Source: Planctomycetota bacterium
GTDB taxonomy: Bacteria; Planctomycetota; Planctomycetia; Gemmatales; Gemmataceae
DNA length: 64,000 nucleotides
Direction: 5' to 3'
Assembly: GCA_041180805.1 (NCBI GenBank)
Contig: JBEGQX010000365.1
Span: 28,359 to 92,358, forward strand
Part shown: positions 56,199 through 64,000 of the stretch, one piece after another
How positions within the stretch are numbered: the stretch's first letter is position 1
Layout of the letters: every line of letters starts with the position of its first letter
Notes under the pieces: generated by a model
Seen by the model: only the letters and a program-made list of their open reading frames with translations
What the model was told of the DNA's origin: nothing
Databases searched by the model: none
Position numbers and translations under genes: made by a program

Positions 56199-56905
56199 GG
56201 AAGTCTGCTTCCTTTCAGGGAATCAAACTTCTTAATTGTGATAGGCTCAAACTTGACCGCATCACCCACTTTAAGTGGAAAATAATTTTCTTCCACATCC
56301 ACTAAAAGCAAGGGGGTTCTTCCTATGAGTCGCCAACCACCCGGCTTTTCTTGTGGATAGATTCCTGTTTGTATACCAGTAAGCCCCACACTACCCGCAG
56401 GAACTTTCAATCTGGGAGAATCCAACCTCGCCACACCTTGCAGCTTTTCTGGAAGATAACCCAAATAAGGGAAACCAGGACTGAAACCTATGGCATGCAC
56501 GATGTAAGTATTGGCTGAATGAAGTTCCACCACCTCTTTTTTTCCAAGGTCCGTCAAACGGGCAACTTCAACCAAATCCTCGCCCAATTCATAACAACAA
56601 GGAACCTTATGAAGTTTTCCTGTTTCAGAATTCAAATCCAAAGGTTGCTTCGAAAGCCATTCGGTAATTGAAGTATTCAACTGATTTAACCGTATTTTTG
56701 CTGGGTTATGGTAAATAGCAAGCGCCTTATAGGCGCAGACCAAATCTAAAATAGCTTCACTTTTGCTTGCGAGAATGGCTCGAAAAGCCGACTGACAGGC
56801 GCTTTCCGTTTCAAACCGAAGAAGCACACCCAAGTCAGCCAGCGGTTGTAATTGAAAGGCAGCCATGTCTTTTATCATAAAATTTTCACTGTAAGATCCA
56901 TACAA
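56195..56905 (-). CDS. pxpB: 5-oxoprolinase subunit B (allophanate hydrolase subunit 1 / KipI family)
   Basis: Colinear with E. coli PxpB: VVELHSANTYIVHAIGFSPGFPYLGYLPEKL...PRLKVPAGSVGLTGIQTGIYP...PGGWRLIGRTP. The start is uncertain (M1, M10 or M14). Confidence 0.8.
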   Translation of the reverse strand: MYGSYSENFMIKDMAAFQLQPLADLGVLLRFETESACQSAFRAILASKSEAILDLVCAYKALAIYHNPAKIRLNQLNTSITEWLSKQPLDLNSETGKLHKVPCCYELGEDLVEVARLTDLGKKEVVELHSANTYIVHAIGFSPGFPYLGYLPEKLQGVARLDSPRLKVPAGSVGLTGIQTGIYPQEKPGGWRLIGRTPLLLVDVEENYFPLKVGDAVKFEPITIKKFDSLKGSRLP

Positions 56906-56961
56906 CTATGTTCTATAGTACATTCAAGAATCTTAATCAACAGAATGCAAAGGGGCTGAGA

Positions 56962-57762
56962 ATGAGGCTGACAATTTCTTTGCTTATCGTGGCTGTTCTT
57001 TTAACCTCGGCGGGTTGCAGAAAGAAGCCTAAACCGGAAATGGAATCCATCGAAGCCCCTGCAAAAAAAACTGAGAAAAGCACCACCACATCCTCTTCCC
57101 AAACAGGAAACTCATCCCAACCACAAACAGCTCCCGCCCAAAATATAAAACGCAATATCGTTCAAAGGACCGGTACCAGCGACAAATTGCGTGGCATTTA
57201 CCGGGCATTGGAACTTTATTCCAACGATAACAATGGCAACTTTCCACCCGCGTACACAAAAAGCCCCGATGGCAAACCTCTTCTTAGCTGGCGGGTACTG
57301 CTCCTTCCCTACATGGAACAAGATAATCTATACAGAATGTTCAACCAGAATGAACCTTGGGATGGCCCCACAAACAAGCCACTTCTAAAAAATATACCCA
57401 AGGTGTATCTTTCCAGCAGCAATTACGATGTGAATGCTGCGTTTAAGACTACCATTCTTGCACCAGTGGCTCTGGAAACTGTTTTCCCACCCACTGGCCC
57501 CATCAACAGAAACGCAGTTTCCGATGGTTTATCCGGCACGATCCTATTGGTGGATGCGGATGATGAGGCAGCGGTCGAATGGACCCGCCCCAAAGACCTT
57601 CTTGTAACCAAGCAAAACCCAACTTTGGGGATTGGAAGCAGCCATGCTGGTGGAGTGATGGCTTTGTTTGGCGATGGAACACCAAGGATTTATCCCACGC
57701 AAGCTCCTATTATGGTTTGGGGTCGCTTCACCCGCGCAGGTGGAGAAACCCCAAATCCTTAA
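56962..57762 (+). CDS. DUF1559-like domain lipoprotein (no prepilin N-terminus)
   Basis: The ATG at 56962 gives MRLTISLLIVAVLLTSAGC (lipobox). An S/T/Q-rich linker follows, then DUF1559 hallmarks LLSWRVLLLPYMEQDNLY, HAGGVMALFGDGTPRIY and TRAGGE. Confidence 0.65.
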   Translation: MRLTISLLIVAVLLTSAGCRKKPKPEMESIEAPAKKTEKSTTTSSSQTGNSSQPQTAPAQNIKRNIVQRTGTSDKLRGIYRALELYSNDNNGNFPPAYTKSPDGKPLLSWRVLLLPYMEQDNLYRMFNQNEPWDGPTNKPLLKNIPKVYLSSSNYDVNAAFKTTILAPVALETVFPPTGPINRNAVSDGLSGTILLVDADDEAAVEWTRPKDLLVTKQNPTLGIGSSHAGGVMALFGDGTPRIYPTQAPIMVWGRFTRAGGETPNP

Positions 57763-57783
57763 GCGTCTGCAACATCAGGCTTT

Positions 57784-60402
57784 TCATTTTCTCAGGTTCA
57801 ATGATGTAAACACCAGCGAAGACCTGGCCTGATCAAAGTCCACGGTCACCTTGGAACCATCCTTGATTTTCCCTTCCAGAATTTGTCTGGCAAGGGGTGT
57901 TTCCACTTCCTTGGTGATGGTTCTTTTTAAGGGCCTTGCACCAAATGATGGATCATAGCCAACTTCAACCAGATGCTTGCGGGCTGCTTCAGTAAGTTCA
58001 AGTTCGATATTCTTTTCTTCAAGCCGATTCCTTAGCCTGCCAAGCTGGATTTCCACAATCTTACCCAAGTTCTTCTCACTAAGAGCATGGAATACGATCA
58101 AATCATCCACCCGATTAATGAACTCGGGGCGGAAGTTTTTGCGAAGTTCTTCAAGCACCGCATCTTTCATGCGATCGTATACTTCGCCAACAAATGACCC
58201 CTTGTATTGCAAGATTTTCTGGCTACCTATGTTCGAGGTCATGATAACGATGGTATTTTTGAAGTTGACTGTCCGGCCCTGACCATCCGTCAATCTTCCA
58301 TCATCAAGAACCTGCAATAACAAATTAAACACATCCGGGTGGGCTTTTTCAATTTCATCAAAAAGAACAACGCTGTATGGTTTCCGGCGAACAGCCTCGG
58401 TCAATTGTCCACCTTCCTCGTAACCGACATAACCCGGGGGGGCGCCCACCAGTCTTGCAACAGTATGTTTCTCCTGGTATTCAGACATATCAATACGAAT
58501 CATGGCGCGTTCATCATCAAACATGAACTCGGCTAATGCCCGCGCCAATTCGGTTTTTCCAACGCCTGTAGGCCCCAGAAAAATAAAACTACCTATGGGC
58601 CTTTGTGGATCTTTCAGGCCGCTTCTTGCCCTTAGAACCGCCTCGGCCACCGCATCCACTGCTTCCTCCTGCCCGATAACCCGCTTATGCAATTCATCCT
58701 GAAGATGCAGAAGTTTCTGCAATTCCCCCTCCATGAGTTTGGTGACAGGCACGCCAGTCCAGCGGCTTACAACACCGGCAATATCTTCCTCGGAAACTTC
58801 TTCCTTGATAAGTTTGTTTGCGCCCTGCTTGGCGGCCAGCGCTTCTTCCTCTGTCTTGATCTTCTTTTCTAACTCTGGCAGTTTGCCGTATTTCAGCATG
58901 GCAGCTTTGTTTAAATCATAGTTGCGTTCGGCAAGTTCTATTTCATAGCGAGTCTGCTCCAGTTCCTGTCTCAAGCTGCTAAGTTTCTGAACAGCATCTT
59001 TTTCAGCCTGCCATTGGCTCTTCAGGGCCCCAGTCTGGGTTTTAAGATCGGCAAGTTCTTTTTCCAGCTTGGAAAGCCTGTCTTTTGAAGCATCATCCTT
59101 TTCTTTCTTTAGGGCTTCCCTTTCTATTTCCAATTGCATCTTTCTGCGTTCCGCCTCATCAAGTTCCGCAGGCATACTATCAATTTCTGTTCGCAACTTT
59201 GCGGCAGATTCGTCTACGAGATCAATGGCTTTATCTGGAAGGAATCGATCCGTGATATAGCGGTTGGATAGAACCGCAGCAGCCACAAGGGCGGAATCCT
59301 TGATTCGCACCTTGTGATGCACCTCGTACCTTTCCCTTAAGCCACGCAGGATACTGATCGTATCTTCCACGGAGGGTTGATCGACCTGAACAGGCTGAAA
59401 TCGGCGCTCAAGAGCCGCATCTTTTTCAATATGCTGCCTGTATTCATCCAAAGTGGTGGCTCCAATGCAATGCAACTCTCCACGAGCCAGTAACGGTTTC
59501 AGAAGGTTACCTGCATCCATGGCTCCATCTGTTTTTCCAGCCCCGACCACCGTATGAAGCTCATCGATAAACAGAATGATTTCCCCGGAGGATTGCTGAA
59601 CTTCCTTGAGAACCGCTTTTAATCTTTCCTCAAATTCACCACGAAATTTCGCCCCTGCAATCAACGCTCCCATGTCCAGCGAAACTATTTTCTTCTTTTT
59701 CAAGCCTTCCGGCACATCGCCACGGACAATTCGCTGCGCCAATCCTTCAACAATGGCAGTTTTGCCAACGCCGGGTTCCCCAATCAACACCGGGTTATTC
59801 TTGGTTCTTCTTGACAGCACCTGAATAACACGTCGAATTTCCTCATCCCTGCCAATCACGGGATCCAGTTTGTTGCTGGATGCCATCTTGGTAAGATCAC
59901 GACCATACTTTTCCAAAGCCTCGTAAGTAGCTTCCGGGTTTTGTGTAGTCACTCTTTGGTTCCCCCTTATTTCATGAAGTGCGGCCATCATGTTTGTTTT
60001 GTTGATGCCGGCATCCTTTAGCACTTTGCCTGCAACCTGATTATCGTCCAGCATTGCAATCAGAATATGTTCCACCGAAATGAAATCGTCCTTAAAACTT
60101 TTTGCTTCCGCTTCGGCCTGAACAAGAAGTTTGTTCACCCGGCCGGTAATACTAATTCCACTGCTTTCATTGCCACCACTTACCTTTGGAAGGCGATCTA
60201 TTTCCTGCAGGCATTTTTTTAAAATGCTGGAGGGATCCAGATTCATTTTCCGGAGCAGGGAAACAACCAAGCCAGGTTCCTGTTGAAGCAAGGCCGCGAG
60301 TAGATGCTCCACATCCACCTGCTGTTGCCCCTTGGATTGTGCAAGCTGTGATGCCTGTTGAAGTGCGTCCTGGCTTTTCTCAGTAAATCTTTGAATATCC
60401 AT
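57784..60402 (-). CDS. clpB: ATP-dependent chaperone ClpB
   Basis: 872 aa. Clp N-domain, two AAA+ modules ([18 protein letters not shown]) and a long coiled-coil middle domain. Confidence 0.95.
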   Translation of the reverse strand: MDIQRFTEKSQDALQQASQLAQSKGQQQVDVEHLLAALLQQEPGLVVSLLRKMNLDPSSILKKCLQEIDRLPKVSGGNESSGISITGRVNKLLVQAEAEAKSFKDDFISVEHILIAMLDDNQVAGKVLKDAGINKTNMMAALHEIRGNQRVTTQNPEATYEALEKYGRDLTKMASSNKLDPVIGRDEEIRRVIQVLSRRTKNNPVLIGEPGVGKTAIVEGLAQRIVRGDVPEGLKKKKIVSLDMGALIAGAKFRGEFEERLKAVLKEVQQSSGEIILFIDELHTVVGAGKTDGAMDAGNLLKPLLARGELHCIGATTLDEYRQHIEKDAALERRFQPVQVDQPSVEDTISILRGLRERYEVHHKVRIKDSALVAAAVLSNRYITDRFLPDKAIDLVDESAAKLRTEIDSMPAELDEAERRKMQLEIEREALKKEKDDASKDRLSKLEKELADLKTQTGALKSQWQAEKDAVQKLSSLRQELEQTRYEIELAERNYDLNKAAMLKYGKLPELEKKIKTEEEALAAKQGANKLIKEEVSEEDIAGVVSRWTGVPVTKLMEGELQKLLHLQDELHKRVIGQEEAVDAVAEAVLRARSGLKDPQRPIGSFIFLGPTGVGKTELARALAEFMFDDERAMIRIDMSEYQEKHTVARLVGAPPGYVGYEEGGQLTEAVRRKPYSVVLFDEIEKAHPDVFNLLLQVLDDGRLTDGQGRTVNFKNTIVIMTSNIGSQKILQYKGSFVGEVYDRMKDAVLEELRKNFRPEFINRVDDLIVFHALSEKNLGKIVEIQLGRLRNRLEEKNIELELTEAARKHLVEVGYDPSFGARPLKRTITKEVETPLARQILEGKIKDGSKVTVDFDQARSSLVFTSLNLRK

Positions 60403-60637
60403 GGTCCACCTCTTTTCAAATGATTAAAGGCAAAAGAGATGCCATATTCCAAAAAACGTCAAATTATCACAAATTAATGGTCTTTATGGACTTATAAATA
60501 ATCATGACAGCCCCATTACCTGTACATGAATTCACCATTTTGGCAGTTCCATTGAGCCGACTGCCATTTTTGCAGACCGTTTGAACTTGAGATTTTTATG
60601 AACCTTGTTATAAGCCCATGGCTTTAAATTTGCTTAA

Positions 60638-61096
60638 ATGCGGAAAAGTATGACCATGAAAACCTTAAAAATTCTTTTCATTGGTGTTTTGCCATCCTTA
60701 ATCCTGGGTTGCCAGGAAGGACGCATAAAAATGTATTCCGCAAACACTGATGCCCATTTTGAAAAGGCAAGAAAAGATATTCAAGAAGCTGCGACTTCAG
60801 TAACTGAGGCCATGTCTTCGGTTAGGACAGATTATTACTCTCAGACCCAAAAGAAGCTTGTGGAGTTAGACAATCAATATCAGGAATTACTGAAACAGGG
60901 TCAAACAACCACCGGAGAAGCAAAAGCCGCTCTGCTGAAACGTGTTCAGGAATTGGAAGAACGCAGGTCTGGAATCAAAAGCCGGATGGAAGATTACAAA
61001 CAGGCTAGTGACAAAGCTGCGGAAAGCATTCGAACCGGCTTAGATGCTGCACTTTCTGATTACGCTTCTGCCCTCGCAAACAAGCAAATTGAATAA
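60638..61096 (+). CDS. Putative lipoprotein, coiled-coil
   Basis: 152 aa. Signal peptide with lipobox LILGC. The remainder is helical and charged. Confidence 0.5.
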   Translation: MRKSMTMKTLKILFIGVLPSLILGCQEGRIKMYSANTDAHFEKARKDIQEAATSVTEAMSSVRTDYYSQTQKKLVELDNQYQELLKQGQTTTGEAKAALLKRVQELEERRSGIKSRMEDYKQASDKAAESIRTGLDAALSDYASALANKQIE

Positions 61097-61200
61097 GAAA
61101 CGTTTTTATTTGATTTTTTAATGTCTTCCATTTATTAATTAATTAGTTTAATTCATATTAATCACAACATAGACATGCGACTCTGCATTAAAATTACTTT

Positions 61201-61581
61201 TTGTATTTTCATTTTATTCTTGTGATAGCTGGTTGCAGCAAATCACTTAACCGACAGGAGCTTTCAGGCCAAATTTCCTGGAAAGAAAAACCTGTTTTGA
61301 TTGGCAGTATAACTTTCGTTGGGGAGGATGATAAAAACCCCACAACCATCAGTGCAGAAATTAAGGATGGAATTTTTACGGTTCCCAAAGAAAACGGCCT
61401 TGTTCCCGGAAATTACAAGGTTCGATTCAGTGCATTGGACAGAATTGCAATTGCTCCCGCAGATACAACTCTGCCAGCCATTCCCCCTAAGGAAATTTTG
61501 CCTGAAAAGCATACCGTTCAAGGAATGAATCTTTCCATCAAGGATGGAGAAAAAAACTTTTTCAAACTTAACCTTGATTAA
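61201..61581 (+). CDS. Small lipoprotein with a carboxypeptidase-regulatory-like beta-sandwich
   Basis: TTG/GTG start region. Lipobox [26 protein letters not shown] pattern. Lies 17 nt upstream of a DUF1559 gene, a common pairing in Planctomycetes. Confidence 0.5.
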   Translation: MYFHFILVIAGCSKSLNRQELSGQISWKEKPVLIGSITFVGEDDKNPTTISAEIKDGIFTVPKENGLVPGNYKVRFSALDRIAIAPADTTLPAIPPKEILPEKHTVQGMNLSIKDGEKNFFKLNLD

Positions 61582-61598
61582 TTTCGAAGGGCGCAAAA

Positions 61599-62546
61599 AT
61601 GCTAAAGAAAAAAGGTTTTACACTTATTGAGTTATTGGTTGTGATTGCCATTATTGCGATTTTAATCGGTCTGTTATTACCAGCCGTCCAAAAAGTTCGG
61701 GAAGCCGCGGCAAAGGCAAAATGCTCCAACAGCCTAAAACAAATTGGAACAGCAATTCATAATTATCAATCTACTTTCATGTCTCTACCACCCGGAGATA
61801 CCGGTAATGGAAATAATGGAACCTGGCAACACTATCTCCTTCCTTATTTAGAGCAGGAAGCTCTGTTTAAAATGTACACAAATTTGGGTGGACAGAATGG
61901 AGGAACCCCTTCCTACGCAACGGCTGGAAACAACCTGACAGTATCCCAAACACAGATTCAGGCTCTTGTTTGCCCCAGCGAACCTAATGGTAAAGGCACA
62001 CATACGAACAACTACAAATTTCACAATTATGCGGTTAACTATGGAAATACCCACCGAACCCAAAACAAGGCTGGCAGGGACCCATTCCCCGCGGCAATTA
62101 GACCCAGTTTTGCCGGTGCGCCTTTTACTTTTAGTGGAACTTTTCCACCTGTGGCTTACGATTTCAGGGATGTTACTGATGGCCTCAGCAATACTTTACT
62201 TGCCGCAGAGATTCTTCAAGGAATCAGCATTCTTCCAGGCAACACCGAGTTTCGGGAAATGACTTGGTATGGCCCGGGAGCTGGCTTTACCACTTTCGCA
62301 ACGCCCAATAGCGCAACACAAGATAGAATTCAGTTTGCAAATTATTGCAATAATCAAGCAATTCAGGGGTTACCTTGTACTGCGGGAACCGATTGGGCAC
62401 TTGCCGCAAGAAGCAAGCATACAGGCGGGGTTAATGTTGGTTTATTGGATGGAGGTGTTCGATTTATCGCAAACAGTATCACACCTGTAACGTGGAGTTT
62501 ATTGGGATCATCAAAAGATGATCAACCTTTGCCATCAGATTTTTAA
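61599..62546 (+). CDS. DUF1559 protein with prepilin-type N-terminal domain
   Basis: [35 protein letters not shown]-terminus. [18 protein letters not shown] signature. Confidence 0.85.
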   Translation: MLKKKGFTLIELLVVIAIIAILIGLLLPAVQKVREAAAKAKCSNSLKQIGTAIHNYQSTFMSLPPGDTGNGNNGTWQHYLLPYLEQEALFKMYTNLGGQNGGTPSYATAGNNLTVSQTQIQALVCPSEPNGKGTHTNNYKFHNYAVNYGNTHRTQNKAGRDPFPAAIRPSFAGAPFTFSGTFPPVAYDFRDVTDGLSNTLLAAEILQGISILPGNTEFREMTWYGPGAGFTTFATPNSATQDRIQFANYCNNQAIQGLPCTAGTDWALAARSKHTGGVNVGLLDGGVRFIANSITPVTWSLLGSSKDDQPLPSDF

Positions 62547-63526
62547 ATATTGGAAAGCCATTCCTCAAGTTTCTTCAATCCTTCTTTCATAGAGACCTTA
62601 GGATTATAACCCAGCTCGGATCTTGCTTTCGACAAATCAAACCAATGAGAAGTAGATAATTCCTTGGCAAGAAAACGGGTCATGGGTGGCTCGGACTGAA
62701 CTCCAAAAGCCCCGTAAGTTGCTTCCAGAAAGGCTCCAATTGCATATGCCGCCCTACCGGAAATAAACTTTTCAACAGGCCTTTTTCCCCCCGCTTTTAG
62801 AATGGCATTCACCAATTCCCAAAGTTTCCAAGGTTCTCCATTACTTATGAAATACGCCTTGCCACTGATTAGCGATTGGGGAGCCAATCGGTCCAACGCT
62901 TGAATATGTGCCTGAGCTGCATTGTCGATGTAGGTTGAATCAATCATTACATCACGATTACCAATTCGCCTGAGCCTATGGGCTCGATTCAAAATTCTTG
63001 GCACCAGATGATGGTCTCCCGGTCCCCAAATCAGGTGAGGCCGCAAGGAAACAGTGCCAAGGCCTGATCCGGTTGCGGCTAAGACTTCCTGTTCAGCGAT
63101 TGCCTTGGATTTTGGATAGTGCGCAAGATACTTTTGCGGATATGGTGCGCTTTCATTTACATTTTCCATATCAGCGCCCCCGAAAACCACACTCGGAGAG
63201 CTTGTATATACCAACCTGCTTATTCGTTGATCACGAGCTACGCGAATGACATTCTGAGTACCCAGGATATTTGCGTTCAAGTAATCTTTCCAAGAACCCC
63301 ATATTCCCGCTTTGGCAGCGGTATGAATTATTGCTTCACAACCAATCGCGGCTTGATAAATGAACTTTAGATTTCCCAAATCGCCCTGAACCTGAATCAC
63401 CCCCAGTGATTCCAATTCTGGATATGCTTTCCTGGAATAGGAAACAACTTCATCCCCGCGAGCTTTAAGCAATTTGCAAATAGCCAAACCCAAAAAACCT
63501 CCACCACCTGTGACAAGAATTTTCAT
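62543..63526 (-). CDS. oleD: NAD(P)-dependent 3-beta-hydroxysteroid dehydrogenase/epimerase family reductase, OleD-like
   Basis: [13 protein letters not shown] Rossmann motif and YPKSK catalytic motif. [11 protein letters not shown] and [12 protein letters not shown] resemble the OleD sequence as I recall it. Overlaps the upstream AMP-ligase-like gene by 4 nt. Confidence 0.65.
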   Translation of the reverse strand: MKILVTGGGGFLGLAICKLLKARGDEVVSYSRKAYPELESLGVIQVQGDLGNLKFIYQAAIGCEAIIHTAAKAGIWGSWKDYLNANILGTQNVIRVARDQRISRLVYTSSPSVVFGGADMENVNESAPYPQKYLAHYPKSKAIAEQEVLAATGSGLGTVSLRPHLIWGPGDHHLVPRILNRAHRLRRIGNRDVMIDSTYIDNAAQAHIQALDRLAPQSLISGKAYFISNGEPWKLWELVNAILKAGGKRPVEKFISGRAAYAIGAFLEATYGAFGVQSEPPMTRFLAKELSTSHWFDLSKARSELGYNPKVSMKEGLKKLEEWLSNI

Positions 63527-64000
63527 GCCAAAACCTCGTTGGCCCAGAGTGACAGGTCTTCTCGGCGGATTTTTGAGTTGTGACGAATATCCATGGGAAA
63601 TGAAGGATGAAAAAGAACCTTTTTAACATCCTTGGTTTGATCAAATTGTTTGGCAATCCCCAAAATCATTTCCCGCAATCTAGCTTCATCTTCAACAGGA
63701 TCTTTTTTCTGAATGCAGACCACAGGTTCCTGCAGCCCCACGGGCCCAACTCCAACCAATGCCGAACGAAAAACCCCTTGCACGGAATCAAAAATGCCCT
63801 CACATGGAACCGTGTGATGGATTTTATTTCCCTGAATAATTCTTTGGGATTTTCTTCCGCAAAACCAAAGGCGACCTTGTAAATCCAAATAACCCAAATC
63901 CCCCATGCGATGGTATATTTGCCCATCCAACCCCTTCATTTTTGCGCGAGATTCCTGATCTGGGCGATTCATGTAATGTTTTGTGACCATCGGCCCTGAT
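63523..64000 (-). CDS. oleC: AMP-dependent synthetase/ligase C-terminal part, OleC-like (truncated by window edge)
   Basis: YHRMGDLGYLDLQGRLWFCGRKSQ is the adenylate-forming-enzyme motif (GD.G..D..G.l...GR). The frame remains open to position 64000. Coupled to the oleD-like gene. Confidence 0.6.
   Translation of the reverse strand, partial: SGPMVTKHYMNRPDQESRAKMKGLDGQIYHRMGDLGYLDLQGRLWFCGRKSQRIIQGNKIHHTVPCEGIFDSVQGVFRSALVGVGPVGLQEPVVCIQKKDPVEDEARLREMILGIAKQFDQTKDVKKVLFHPSFPMDIRHNSKIRREDLSLWANEVLA

Noticed and set aside
60491-60516. Sigma-32-like CTTATAA-N13-CCCCAT as the clpB heat-shock promoter
   Set aside because: The element is on the plus strand and so points away from clpB, which is on the minus strand. 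I found no convincing CTTGAA/CCCCAT pair on the clpB strand. It is kept only as a low-interest observation for the opposite direction.
61175-61225. ATG at 61175 ([16 protein letters not shown]-stop) as a frameshifted true start of the small lipoprotein gene
   Set aside because: That frame terminates after 16 codons and would need a +1 shift to join the 61201 frame. The TTG/GTG starts in the main frame already give a lipobox-containing N-terminus, so a pseudogene or frameshift call is not justified without read data.
1-64000. Sigma-54 (-24/-12) promoters TGGCAC-N5-TTGC, prompted by the presence of rpoN
   Set aside because: The only TGGCAC occurrences I saw (for example near 221, 30513, 55790 and 55851) lie inside coding regions and lack TTGC at the correct spacing. 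No intergenic match can be supported by eye.
1-64000. CRISPR arrays, tandem repeats, IS elements, integrases, prophage or tRNA/rRNA genes
   Set aside because: No regularly spaced direct repeats, no transposase- or integrase-like ORFs and no tRNA-like cloverleaf (T-loop GTTCRANYC with flanking stems) were found in the intergenic regions I inspected. The GGGTTCAATTGCC near 14222 lacks pairing stems.

Overview
The window is a gene-dense chromosomal segment that looks like a Planctomycetota genome. The lineage signal comes from four prepilin-type DUF1559 (H-X9-DG) proteins, one lipoprotein-anchored DUF1559 variant, two Tat-signal DUF1501 proteins, two DUF1549/DUF1553 proteins and a PSCyt1-type cytochrome-c/WD40 protein. 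I support about 60 CDS, one ncRNA (a small SRP RNA directly upstream of dnaX, absent from the ORF track) and a few intrinsic terminators. I found no rRNA, tRNA, CRISPR array, transposase, integrase or phage genes, so this is core chromosome rather than an island. Recognisable blocks: (1) ffs-dnaX-ybaB-recR-rpoN on the minus strand. (2) An LPS inner-core cluster: lpxK, a deoxyhypusine-synthase-like gene, hldE, a GT9 heptosyltransferase, an 880-aa multi-domain WaaP/InaA-type kinase and a GT4. (3) glcDEF glycolate oxidase plus a DHDPS-family aldolase. (4) oleC/oleD at the right edge. (5) Housekeeping genes: clpB, efp, aroE, htrA, dapL, plsY, ubiX. The strongest hunt result is a candidate selenoprotein. 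A TlpA-like periplasmic thiol-disulfide oxidoreductase (49815-50324) carries an in-frame TGA exactly on the first Cys of the CxxC motif, followed by a SECIS-like bipartite hairpin. The ORF track splits this gene into fragments. Other observations worth a second look: an A9 slippery run in dnaX with near stops in both alternative frames; an EF-P with Asn where the modified Lys/Arg normally sits; a PlsY fused to an extra 4-TM domain; a Cys-cluster (CCC-x6-CC-x3-CCC) small secreted protein upstream of a DUF1559 gene; and a three-gene secreted PPC-domain / DUF1549-1553 / cytochrome-c-WD40-coiled-coil operon. All functional calls rest on motif recognition by eye. No database search was run.
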